Part shown: one piece after another, positions 38,895 to 48,230 of the stretch | How the letters are laid out: each line of letters begins with the position of its first letter | Numbering within the stretch: the first letter of the stretch is position 1 | Source of the DNA: Patescibacteria group bacterium | GTDB lineage: Bacteria > Patescibacteriota > Saccharimonadia > UBA4664 > SCTI01 | Assembly (NCBI GenBank): GCA_004297735.1 | Contig: SCTI01000001.1 | Span: 51,467-115,466, forward strand | Direction of reading: 5' to 3' | DNA length: 64,000 bases | Notes under the pieces: generated by a model | The model's input: the letters and a program-made list of their open reading frames with translations, nothing else | Database searches by the model: none | What the model was told of the DNA's origin: nothing | Translations under genes and position numbers: made by a program

Positions 38895-39156
38895 GCCGCA
38901 AAAACCAACCGCTGCCGATTACGAAAAACTGGGTCGAACCATTGAAGGAATGTTGATCAACGATTATTTGGATCTGCTGGGCAATCCGCGCCGTCAGCTA
39001 CGCAGCGCTTTTGTACGCGGGATTTTTACCGGCTTAGGCACGGTTTTGGGCGCGACCTTGATTGTAGCCTTTGTGGTGTGGGTGCTGCATATGCTGGGTG
39101 GTTTACCGGTGGTCGGTGAGTATCTGCAAGGCGCCGGTAACACCATTCAGCAGTGA
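38884..39156 (+). CDS. DUF5665-like membrane protein
   Basis: FVRGIFTGLGTVLGATL…LPVVGEY. Confidence 0.8.
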   Translation: MTDKPQKPTAADYEKLGRTIEGMLINDYLDLLGNPRRQLRSAFVRGIFTGLGTVLGATLIVAFVVWVLHMLGGLPVVGEYLQGAGNTIQQ

Positions 39157-39231
39157 CACAATAGCGGCTCATTTCAAGACTTAACCGCTTATGCTAAGCG
39201 GTGGTATACTTAGGTCAGATAGGGGAGATAC

Positions 39232-42200
39232 GTGAGTACAAAAACTGCCGAGGCGGCACCTAAATCAGTGTCGTCAGCCACGCAATTTGTGCATTTGCAT
39301 AACCATGGCCATTACAGCTTACTGGATGGCCTGCAAAAGGTGCCGCAGATGCTGGATCGCGCTAAAGAATTAGGTATGAACGCGATTGCGATGACCGATC
39401 ATGGCACGTTGTCGGGCATTGTAGAGTTTTACAGCGAGGCCAAAAAACGCGACATCAAGCCAATAATTGGACTTGAGGCGTATGTGGCTCCGCGGCGAAT
39501 GCACGATAAAACCGGCAAGGCCGACGCCAATCCGTATCACTTGATCCTGCTCGCCAAAAACCAAAAAGGCTACCAAAACTTGATGCGGCTGTCGACCAAG
39601 GCTCACCTAGAGGGGTTTTATTACAAGCCACGAGTTGACCGCGAGCTACTTGAGGAACTGCATGAAGGTATTATTGCGCTGTCCGGCTGTGCTAGCGGCG
39701 AGGTAGCGCGCCACATTTTGAATGGCGCTATGGATGAGGCTCAGGCCACCATTGAGTGGTACCGCGACACCTTTGGCAAGGATAACTACTACTTGGAGCT
39801 GCAGGACCACGAGGAGTGGGAGCCGCAAATCCGGATCAACAAGGCCCTGATTGAGCTCAGTAAAAAAACCGGAGTGCCACTGGTGGTGACCGCCGACTCT
39901 CACTACACCTGCCGCGACGATCGCGAGGCCCACGAGATCCTACTGTGTGTTCAAACCGGCAAAACCATTGGTGATACCGACCGGATGGAGATGGACATGG
40001 CGCTGTTTATCTCTCCCCCCGAAGAGATAGCTAAGCGCTGGGAGCACGTGCCGGAAGCGGTTAGCAATACGGTAAAGATTGCTGAGGCTTGTGAGGTCGA
40101 GTTGGAGTTAGGCAAGATTTTGATTCCGACCTTCCCGACCCCCGATGGCAAGACCGAAAAGCAGTACCTGCACGAGCTGTGCTGGCAGGGAATGATGTGG
40201 CGTTACGGCGACATTCCTAAAGAAGACATGCACCTGGTAGAAGAGGCTAAGGCGCGCAAACAGCTTGATTCGACGTTGATAGAACGGCTTGACTACGAGC
40301 TTGAGGTTATCGACAAGATGGGCTACGAGGGCTACTTCTTGATTGTGGCCGACTTTATTAACTGGGGTAAGAACCAGGGCATTATTTTTGGTCCAGGGCG
40401 TGGCTCGGCGGCCGGTTCAATTGTGGCCTACGTGATGAACATCACCGATCTTGACCCGATGAAGTATGACTTGCTGTTTGAGCGCTTCCTCAACCCCGAT
40501 CGTATTAGCATGCCGGATATTGATATTGATATCCAAGATACTCGTCGAGGCGAGGTGATTGATTACGTTACCGAAAAGTATGGGCAGGACAGAGTGGCTC
40601 AAATCATCACCTTTGGCACCATGGCGGCTCGCAACGCCGTGCGTGATACCGGTCGGGCGCTGGGCATGAGCTACGCTGAGGTTGATGCAATCGCTAAAAA
40701 GGTGCCACAGCCGGTTCAGGGGCGGCACATACCGCTTAAAAAGTCGGTGGTTGATGATCCGGAGTTGCGCGAAGAGTACAACAGCAACCCTCGTGCTAAA
40801 AATCTGATCGATCTGGCCCAAAAGCTCGAAGGTACCATCCGCAGCAACGGCGTTCATGCCGCCGGCGTGGTGATCGCGCCCGATGAGATTGTAAAGTTTA
40901 TTCCGTTGCAGCGCGCTCAAAAGGGCGGTATCTGTACTCAGTACTCAATGAACCCGGTTGAGGACTTGGGGCTGCTTAAGATGGACTTCTTGGGTCTATC
41001 CAACCTGACCATCATTAATGACGCGCTAAGAATTATTAAAAAGGTATACGGCAAAAACATTGACATCGCCGACATCCCGCTAGACGACCCCAAAACCTAT
41101 GAGCTGTTTAGCCGTGGCGATACTACCGGCGTGTTCCAGCTGGAGTCGGCCGGCATGAAGCGCTACCTTAAAGCCCTACAGCCGAGCAAGTTCGATGATA
41201 TCGTGGCGATGGTGGCGCTGTATCGTCCCGGCCCAATGCAGTTTATTGATGACTTTATTGACCGCAAACATGGTCGCAAGGAGGTTCGGTACGATCACCC
41301 AGGCATGGAGGCGGCGTTGGGTAATACCTACGGCATCTTGGTCTACCAGGAACAGTTTATGCAGATCAGTAAGGATATGTGTGGCTTTACCGGTGGTCAG
41401 GCCGATACCTTGCGTAAGGCCATTGGTAAGAAAAAGCGCGACGTGATGGCCAAAATGAAGACCGCCTTCATTGATGGCATGGTTGAGCATAGCCAGGTGA
41501 GTCAGGCCTTTGCCGAAAAGTTTTGGGGCCAGCTCGAAGCTTTTGCCGATTACTGTTTTAACAAGAGTCACTCGGCCTGCTACGCGCTAATCGCGGTGTG
41601 GACCGCCTACCTTAAGGCAAACTACCCCAGCGCCTTTATGGCCGCGCTCATGACCAGCAACTCCGACAACATCGATAAGATCTCAATGGAGATCAACGAG
41701 TGCCGCCGCATGGGTATTAAGGTGTTGCCGCCGGACGTTAACCACAGCTTTCTTGAGTTTAGCGTCATGCCGGAAACCAACGACATTCGCTTTGGCTTGA
41801 GCGCGGTTAAGAACCTGGGAGTTGGCCCGATCGAAGCAATCATTGCCGCGCGCGAAACCAAGGGTTCATTTAAGACCGCCGAGGACTTTGCCAAGCGGGT
41901 TAACGCCCAAGAGGTCAATCGTAAGGGATGGGAGGCCTTAATTAAGGTGGGCGCCATGGATAGCTTTGGCGCCGAACGCGGCACCCTACTCTACAACCTC
42001 GACACCATCACCGGATATGCCTCTAAAGCCCAAAAGCATGCTCTTAGCGGCCAGATCGACATTTTTGGTTCGCTCGGCATGGAGGATGACATGCCTGGTT
42101 TGCGGCTGGACATTCCGCCAACCACCGTTAGTAACCGCGAGCAGCTGGCCTGGGAGAAGGAGCTAATTGGTCTATACCTGTCGAGCCATCCGTTAGACGA

Positions 42201-42927
42201 TTATGCCGCCTACTTAAACGACAAGGTGGTACCCCTGGGCTTAATTACCGGCAAGCATGAGGGCAAGTCGGTTCAGGTTGGCGGTTTAATCACCACGGTG
42301 CGTAAGATCACCACCAAAAACAACGCTATGATGGCCTTTGTTGGGATCGAAGACAAAAGTGGTGATTTGGAGCTAATCGTCTTCCCCAAGGCTTACGAAA
42401 AAAACCCCGAGCTATGGCAGCCCGACACAGTGGTTGAGGTTAATGGCAAAATCAACACCAAAGATCGTGACGGCAAGCCCGGCGGCGAGATTAAGATTAT
42501 GGTTGATGAGGCCAAGGTGATCGACTACGACAAGGCCAAGGCCTACAAGCCAAGTGGTAAGCCCAACGCGCTTAAGATCGTATTTGAGCGCAGCGCCGGG
42601 GTGCCAAAGGAGGAGGTAGAGGGTGAGATGATTGGGGCCGTACCGCTAGGCGCACCGGAGCTGGCATCGGTTGTGAGCGAGGCTCCAGCTAAGAATACTG
42701 CGCTGATGATTAAGCTAAATAAGATTTCAAGTACCGAGGTGCTGACTAGTATTAAAACGATTATTGCCGGCGCCCCGGGAACCGATCCAGTATTCCTAAT
42801 CATGCCTGGCGAGCCACCCAAGAAAATTAAGCTACCGGTCACCGTGCAGGTTGATGACGACCTGATTAGCCGACTCAAACAGGTGGTTAATGAAGGTGTG
42901 GTTGCCCGCGCGACATACAGCGTTTAG
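39232..42927 (+). CDS. dnaE: DNA polymerase III alpha subunit
   Basis: PHP domain (HLHNH…YSLLDG), GRGSAAGS, MPDIDID, FNKSHS, OB fold; no intein seen. Confidence 0.98.
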   Translation: MSTKTAEAAPKSVSSATQFVHLHNHGHYSLLDGLQKVPQMLDRAKELGMNAIAMTDHGTLSGIVEFYSEAKKRDIKPIIGLEAYVAPRRMHDKTGKADANPYHLILLAKNQKGYQNLMRLSTKAHLEGFYYKPRVDRELLEELHEGIIALSGCASGEVARHILNGAMDEAQATIEWYRDTFGKDNYYLELQDHEEWEPQIRINKALIELSKKTGVPLVVTADSHYTCRDDREAHEILLCVQTGKTIGDTDRMEMDMALFISPPEEIAKRWEHVPEAVSNTVKIAEACEVELELGKILIPTFPTPDGKTEKQYLHELCWQGMMWRYGDIPKEDMHLVEEAKARKQLDSTLIERLDYELEVIDKMGYEGYFLIVADFINWGKNQGIIFGPGRGSAAGSIVAYVMNITDLDPMKYDLLFERFLNPDRISMPDIDIDIQDTRRGEVIDYVTEKYGQDRVAQIITFGTMAARNAVRDTGRALGMSYAEVDAIAKKVPQPVQGRHIPLKKSVVDDPELREEYNSNPRAKNLIDLAQKLEGTIRSNGVHAAGVVIAPDEIVKFIPLQRAQKGGICTQYSMNPVEDLGLLKMDFLGLSNLTIINDALRIIKKVYGKNIDIADIPLDDPKTYELFSRGDTTGVFQLESAGMKRYLKALQPSKFDDIVAMVALYRPGPMQFIDDFIDRKHGRKEVRYDHPGMEAALGNTYGILVYQEQFMQISKDMCGFTGGQADTLRKAIGKKKRDVMAKMKTAFIDGMVEHSQVSQAFAEKFWGQLEAFADYCFNKSHSACYALIAVWTAYLKANYPSAFMAALMTSNSDNIDKISMEINECRRMGIKVLPPDVNHSFLEFSVMPETNDIRFGLSAVKNLGVGPIEAIIAARETKGSFKTAEDFAKRVNAQEVNRKGWEALIKVGAMDSFGAERGTLLYNLDTITGYASKAQKHALSGQIDIFGSLGMEDDMPGLRLDIPPTTVSNREQLAWEKELIGLYLSSHPLDDYAAYLNDKVVPLGLITGKHEGKSVQVGGLITTVRKITTKNNAMMAFVGIEDKSGDLELIVFPKAYEKNPELWQPDTVVEVNGKINTKDRDGKPGGEIKIMVDEAKVIDYDKAKAYKPSGKPNALKIVFERSAGVPKEEVEGEMIGAVPLGAPELASVVSEAPAKNTALMIKLNKISSTEVLTSIKTIIAGAPGTDPVFLIMPGEPPKKIKLPVTVQVDDDLISRLKQVVNEGVVARATYSV

Positions 42928-43194
42928 CTACGCAGCTTGAGGAGTTAAAGCTCTAATACTCCAACTTTGGGATGATTTTCTTGCTTCAACCAGAGGCCGC
43001 CTCGCTTTCCGCAGGAAGCCAATCCGAAGGCTTTCTGCGTTAAATTCCTGATCGTCGTCAACCGTAATTACAACAGTAGCCTTGTTTGGAATGTCGTCAT
43101 AAAGTTCCGGATGATCAAGGAGGTATGTATCAAATTCCTTGATTAGGCGGATGTTTTTATCGATGTATTCTCGTGTGCTCATTTTCATTCTCAT
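42928..43194 (-). CDS. DUF5647-like protein, putative antitoxin
   Basis: KNIRLIKEFDTYLLDHPELYDDIPNKATVV…DDQEFN. Confidence 0.7.
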   Translation of the reverse strand: MRMKMSTREYIDKNIRLIKEFDTYLLDHPELYDDIPNKATVVITVDDDQEFNAESLRIGFLRKARRPLVEARKSSQSWSIRALTPQAA

Positions 43195-43201
43195 AGTATA
43201 C

Positions 43202-43537
43202 CTACTTTCTCTTTAATGCTAACTCGTAGATTCTTCTAAAATCTCGAAAACTTTCCTCTATGTTTTCTTGGCCCCAAGTTAGAGCCTCATTGGCATTTAT
43301 ATGGGGCAAATTATGTACAGTTTCACCACGCCTTGGATGGTATCTGTGGATGTGAGGAGCTTGGCCATGAGCGTTATCAATTTTGATGATTAACCGCCAT
43401 TTACCCTCAATGAGCGCCTCGTACATAATCGCGAACTCCTTAACGACTCCCCTGTAGGTAACGATGCGGCGAATCTCGCGATCTTGCACTGTTAGGGTTA
43501 CATTGAACTTTCTGCTCCGCAGATTCGTGCCACTCAT
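43202..43537 (-). CDS. DUF7718/TumE-like protein, putative toxin
   Basis: FAIMYEALIEGKWRLIIKIDNAHGQAPHIHRYHP. Confidence 0.65.
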   Translation of the reverse strand: MSGTNLRSRKFNVTLTVQDREIRRIVTYRGVVKEFAIMYEALIEGKWRLIIKIDNAHGQAPHIHRYHPRRGETVHNLPHINANEALTWGQENIEESFRDFRRIYELALKRK

Positions 43538-43661
43538 TTATCGCAACTTACTTTTGAGCATAAGCCGAACTGTAACAGACTTACATTAACAAAAGATTAA
43601 CGCCCGTTAGCCACTTTAACTTCTTGATCTGTTCAACAGATTGTGTTACATTACTTGGGTT

Positions 43662-44303
43662 ATGCATCCCGCAATTACCAAATTAGAAGCAGCATCGCGT
43701 AAGCCGGCCATCGCCCAAGTGCAGTCCGGTGATACCGTGCGTGTTCATCAACTGATTCGCGAAGGCAGCAAGCAGCGCGTTCAGGTTTTTGAAGGCGTGG
43801 TTATCCGTACCGACCGTATGGGCAGCACCACCGCTTCGATTACCGTTCGCCGAATCGCCAGTGGTGTTGGTGTCGAAAAGAGCTTTTTAATGCATTCACC
43901 AAACGTCGAAAAGGTTGAGGTAATTCGCCGCAGTAAGGTGCGCCGCAACTTTATGAGCTTTTTACGTGATCGCCGCGGTAAGTCGGCCCGCCTCAAGGAG
44001 GTTTCGTTTGATCGTACCGCCGCTAACGTCCAGCCGGTTAAGGATGAGGTGGTAGCTGAGGATCCCCTAGCTAGCGACGAAGAGCTTGATGCCGAGGTGA
44101 CTGAGTTGAACGTTGAGGAGACCCAAGAGGTTCACCCAGAAACCTCAACCGAGGAGATTGCCAAAGAAGAGGAAAAGGCCGCCGCTGCCGATGAGCCAAG
44201 CGCTGATGATGGTGATGGCGACGAGTCGGTAGCCGAGCAAGAAGAGGCCGAGAGTGGTGCCGACCGCGCTGAGGCCGAGGAAGACCGCGAGTCGACCAAG
44301 TAA
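43662..44303 (+). CDS. rplS: 50S ribosomal protein L19 with long acidic C-terminal extension
   Basis: GDTVRVH…EGSKQRVQVFEGVVI…GVGVEKSF…KVRR. Confidence 0.97.
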   Translation: MHPAITKLEAASRKPAIAQVQSGDTVRVHQLIREGSKQRVQVFEGVVIRTDRMGSTTASITVRRIASGVGVEKSFLMHSPNVEKVEVIRRSKVRRNFMSFLRDRRGKSARLKEVSFDRTAANVQPVKDEVVAEDPLASDEELDAEVTELNVEETQEVHPETSTEEIAKEEEKAAAADEPSADDGDGDESVAEQEEAESGADRAEAEEDRESTK

Positions 44304-44323
44304 TTTATTACCGATAAAAAAAT

Positions 44324-44347
44324 AAGCCGCCCGAAAGGGCGGTTTTT
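44324..44347 (+). terminator. Intrinsic terminator
   Basis: AAGCCGCCC-GAAA-GGGCGGTTTTT. Confidence 0.88.
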
Positions 44348-44361
44348 GGTATGCTGGGATA

Positions 44362-44991
44362 ATGAAAGCGCTACCAACCAACCAGCTTGAACTCGAGATT
44401 CAGACTCAGGGTTACAATCTGGTCGCCGGTATCGATGAGGTTGGTCGTGGTCCGGCGGCTGGGCCGGTAACAATAGCGGCGGTGATCTTGCAGCCAGATG
44501 CGAAGTTTGAGGGCCTGCAAGATTCCAAGCTGGTTTCGCCTAAACGCCGGCTTGATCTGGATCGCCAAATTAGGCAGCAGGCCATAGCGATTGGTATTGG
44601 CTGGGCTAGTAGTCGTTATATCGATGAAAAGGGAGTTACTGCTGCATTAAGATTTGCTGGTTCTCAAGCCATAAATCAGCTTTCTGTGTCACCAAATGCC
44701 CTAATCTTAGATGGAGTACATAATTATTTAATGTTGCCGTGTCACACTGTAACTATGGCAAAAGCAGATCAAACCTCAACCTGTGTGGCCGCGGCTTCAA
44801 TTATTGCTAAGGTGGCGCGCGATCGTTATATGGAGCTACTCCATGAGTCTTATCCGCAGTATGGCTTTGCCGGTCATAAGGGCTACTTGGCGGCTAGTCA
44901 CATGGAAGCGTTAAGGCAATATGGTCCATCCCCTCATCACCGCTACAGCTGGGCGCCGGTGAGGGAGGTGGCGCGTGCCTTCGACCACTGA
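44362..44991 (+). CDS. rnhB: Ribonuclease HII
   Basis: AGIDEVGRG, DSK, AAASIIAKVARD and HKGY motifs. Confidence 0.96.
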   Translation: MKALPTNQLELEIQTQGYNLVAGIDEVGRGPAAGPVTIAAVILQPDAKFEGLQDSKLVSPKRRLDLDRQIRQQAIAIGIGWASSRYIDEKGVTAALRFAGSQAINQLSVSPNALILDGVHNYLMLPCHTVTMAKADQTSTCVAAASIIAKVARDRYMELLHESYPQYGFAGHKGYLAASHMEALRQYGPSPHHRYSWAPVREVARAFDH

Positions 44992-45340
44992 GACCGGCCG
45001 TTGGGCCGAACAACAGGTTGCCAATCTGATAGTTAGGCGGGGTGGAGTTATTTTAGCGCAAAACTGGCGCACCAGATGGAGCGAGATCGATATTGTAGCC
45101 ACCGGTCGCTACGGAATTAGATTTATTGAGGTAAAATACCGTCGTTCAACCCTGTATGGGAGTGGTTTTGAGGCAATCCTGCCAGACAAACGGCAAAGAC
45201 TTGTTCGCGCTGCCCGAGCCTGGCTGATGATTAATGGCCGGTCGGATGGCTGGGCGATTGATGTAGTCTCGGTTTTTGGCTCAACCAAGCAGTTTGAGAT
45301 CGAATATATGGCTAACGCGATTCAGGGCGATACGCTATAA
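44975..45340 (+). CDS. yraN: YraN (UPF0102) family endonuclease
   Basis: GRWAE…NWRTRWSEIDIV…FIEVKYR; follows rnhB. Confidence 0.88.
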   Translation: MPSTTETGRWAEQQVANLIVRRGGVILAQNWRTRWSEIDIVATGRYGIRFIEVKYRRSTLYGSGFEAILPDKRQRLVRAARAWLMINGRSDGWAIDVVSVFGSTKQFEIEYMANAIQGDTL

Positions 45341-45348
45341 TACCCAAG

Positions 45349-47145
45349 ATGACTAAACTCGATACCAGTAAAACCGAATGGGACCTGTCGCCGTTACTAG
45401 CGGGCGATGATGACCCTAAGATCGAGGAATACCGCAAGGCAGTTACCGAAAAGGTTGATGCGTTTGTTGAGAAATGGCGCGATCGGGACGACTACCTGAA
45501 AGATCCCAAGGTGCTACGCGAGGCACTGGATGAGTATGAGAGGCTTCATGCCATGCCTGGTCTTGCCTATGATGATCTTTATTTTCATTTACGCACCCGA
45601 GTGGAAACTCAAAACAAAGACTTAACCGCAAAGCTTCAGTTAGCAGAAGATTTTGCACTTAGTATCTGGAATAAAATGCAATTTTTCTCGCTAAAAATTG
45701 GTCAAATACCTGAAGACGTGCAGAAGTCGTTACTGCGAGCCGATGAGTTAAAGACGTATTATCACTGGCTAGATAAGGTTTTTAGGGCTGCTCGCTACAA
45801 ACTCAGCGAAAAAGAGGAAGCAATTTTAAACCTCACATCAACTGCCAGTTATAGCAACTGGGTAAAAATGCTTCAGCGATTTATCAGCAAAGAGGAACGG
45901 AAAGTGCTCTTTGCCGATGGATCAACTGGGAAGGCTAACTGGGAGATGCTATCCTCGCTAGCTGGCGACGATTCTGTCAAGGTTCGCCAAGCGGCTAAAG
46001 TAGCGATTGAGGATATTCAGAACAAATATGTAGACGTCGCTGAGGCTGAGCTTAATTCTGTGTTACAGAATCAAAAGGTAGGAGACGAGCTGCGGGGTCA
46101 CAAGAGGCCAGATCAGCATCGTCATATGAATGATGACATCGATAGCGATGTCGTGGATGCAGTAGTCAAGACGGTTGAGTCGCGTAATGACCTTTCAAGG
46201 CGCTTCTTTGATTTAAAGGCTAAGTTGCATAAGGTGGATCATCTTGCCTATAGCGAACGCGCGGTTGGGTATGGAGAGGCCACCGCCGAGTACCCTTATG
46301 ATCAAGCCGCGAACCTGGTAGGCGAGGTATTCCAAGAGCTCGATCCAGATTTCTATGACATTTACAGTAATATGTTGGCGACAGGCAGAGTGGACGCTTT
46401 GGCGCGCAAAAACAAAAGTGGAGGGGCTTTTTGCATTAGTATAGGCCCTCAACATCCAGTGTATGTGATGCTCAATCACACCAACACAATGCGAGATGTT
46501 GCTACCATCGCTCACGAGATGGGTCATGCTATTCATAGCACCTTAAGTATTCGGGCTCAAAACGCCCTCAACTGCGACTACCCTACTTCTGTAGCCGAAG
46601 TGGCCAGCACCTTTATGGAAGACTTTATCTATCAGCGGCTTCTCGAAGAGGCAGATGAAGAAACTGAGCTAAGTTTGCGCGTAGGCCTGCTGAATGATCT
46701 TATTGCTAGTTGTCACCGTCAAATTGCTTGTTATCAGTTTGAGCAAGATATTCATCAAGGATACAGACAAAAGGGGTATCTCTCTAAGGACGAAATAAAC
46801 GATCTATTTAATGCCCGTATGGAGGGGTATCTTGGAAAGCATGCTGAGGGTTCTGATAACTTCTGGGTGGCTTGGCCTCATATTCGTAACTACTTTTATG
46901 TCTATTCATATGCCAGTGGGATATTAATTTCTAAAGCGCTTCAGTCTAAAGTGAAGAAGGATAAAGCGTTTATTTCAAAGGTAAAAGAGTTCCTTTCCGC
47001 TGGCTCGTCAAAGTCGCCAAAAGAGATCTTTGCTGATATGGGGATAGATATTACCGATAAGGCGTTTTGGCAAGAGGGCTTAAAAGAGATTGAGCAGCAG
47101 CTCGATGAAACCGAAAAGCTAGCCAAAAAGCTCGGCAAAATTTAG
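45349..47145 (+). CDS. pepF: M3 family oligoendopeptidase F
   Basis: WDLSPL, K.GGAFC, AHEMGHAIH, AEVAS and FYVYSYA motifs. Confidence 0.92.
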   Translation: MTKLDTSKTEWDLSPLLAGDDDPKIEEYRKAVTEKVDAFVEKWRDRDDYLKDPKVLREALDEYERLHAMPGLAYDDLYFHLRTRVETQNKDLTAKLQLAEDFALSIWNKMQFFSLKIGQIPEDVQKSLLRADELKTYYHWLDKVFRAARYKLSEKEEAILNLTSTASYSNWVKMLQRFISKEERKVLFADGSTGKANWEMLSSLAGDDSVKVRQAAKVAIEDIQNKYVDVAEAELNSVLQNQKVGDELRGHKRPDQHRHMNDDIDSDVVDAVVKTVESRNDLSRRFFDLKAKLHKVDHLAYSERAVGYGEATAEYPYDQAANLVGEVFQELDPDFYDIYSNMLATGRVDALARKNKSGGAFCISIGPQHPVYVMLNHTNTMRDVATIAHEMGHAIHSTLSIRAQNALNCDYPTSVAEVASTFMEDFIYQRLLEEADEETELSLRVGLLNDLIASCHRQIACYQFEQDIHQGYRQKGYLSKDEINDLFNARMEGYLGKHAEGSDNFWVAWPHIRNYFYVYSYASGILISKALQSKVKKDKAFISKVKEFLSAGSSKSPKEIFADMGIDITDKAFWQEGLKEIEQQLDETEKLAKKLGKI

Positions 47146-47282
47146 TCTATAATCTGTAACAACAATCATAAGCGCATTGACAAAATTGACATTTGATGCT
47201 ATTATGGCGCTTATATCCTGATGAGGCGAAATCCTCATTAGAACCCTCTGACAATCTATCACTACAATCTCCGGGAGGAGAT

Positions 47283-47735
47283 ATGAAGAGCATGAAGCGC
47301 AATGCAGCACGTCTGCTGCTGTTCGCCTTCTTCGTGGCGGGACTCGTTTTCGTCGCACTGCAGGTGCCGAAGGAAGCAGTCTTCGTGACGATTCTGGCCG
47401 CCATCACCGTCTTCGGGGTGATCAGTGCAATCATCTCGCACAAGCGGTTCGGCGCGGGCGCGGAAGTCGTTCGGGAGACGAAGAGTCTCCAAATCGATCA
47501 CGATGATTTGATCGACCAGATCAAGGCGTACAGCAACGCCGCCCGTCGGGCTGACGCCCGGAGCGACCTCGCCTACAAGCAGCGTTCGCATCCGGGCCGC
47601 TGGTTCGCCCGTGCGTTTGGGCTGCCGGACTCGAGCTCCTTGTCTATCGCCGATGGCGACATCAGGGAGTACAGGTCTCGGCGACCCATCGCCGTCACTC
47701 GGCTGACCGAGGCCGGGCCGGAGGTCGTCCGGTGA
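47283..47735 (+). CDS. Orphan membrane protein
   Basis: TTGACA-N17-TATTAT promoter, GGAGGAG SD, two TMs. Confidence 0.7.
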   Translation: MKSMKRNAARLLLFAFFVAGLVFVALQVPKEAVFVTILAAITVFGVISAIISHKRFGAGAEVVRETKSLQIDHDDLIDQIKAYSNAARRADARSDLAYKQRSHPGRWFARAFGLPDSSSLSIADGDIREYRSRRPIAVTRLTEAGPEVVR

Positions 47736-48064
47736 CCCGGCGGCGCTGGATTCCGATCCTGATGCCGTTCGCGGTTGTCGGCGGGCTTCTGCTCGCTCGG
47801 AGGCTGCTCACCCCGGTCCCGTGGCACGAAGTGCCGCAGGAGTGGGTGCCCGGTGTATCCGATTATGGCGATTCGTCGACCATCGTCGAGGATCCGGCTC
47901 GCTCGGGGGAACCGGATCCGGATGCGCCCTGGGTGTCATTCGGGCCTCCTCTCAAGCCGACCACCCTTGGGGGTCATCGAGTTCTGGATTCCCGCCGACC
48001 CGGCGGCGTGATCTGGCTCGAAGATGCCGAGATGCCGAGAGGCCACGGCCTCGATCGGCCCTAA
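47732..48064 (+). CDS. Orphan hypothetical protein
   Basis: GTGA coupling with GGAGG SD; N-terminal hydrophobic segment; hairpins follow. Confidence 0.55.
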   Translation: MTRRRWIPILMPFAVVGGLLLARRLLTPVPWHEVPQEWVPGVSDYGDSSTIVEDPARSGEPDPDAPWVSFGPPLKPTTLGGHRVLDSRRPGGVIWLEDAEMPRGHGLDRP

Positions 48065-48230
48065 GGGCCACACTCGTCCGTTCGGACGGATCTCACTGTA
48101 AAAGGTGGGGTCCGTCCGGCGGGCGGTTTTACTTTTTAGCCATTATTTGCTAGTATAAGCGTATTCGGTCGACTGGTTGTCGGCCATTTTGTTAGAAAAA
48201 TTGAATAACAACTGAATAGAGAGAAACAAT

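Noticed and set aside
39232-42927. Intein or split in dnaE
   Set aside because: Length and motif order are normal and there are no intein splice motifs
47218-47241. CTGATGAG…GAAA resembling a hammerhead ribozyme core
   Set aside because: No stem II between CUGAUGA and GAAA and no flanking stems I/III; it folds as a simple hairpin CTGATGAGG/CCTCATTAG
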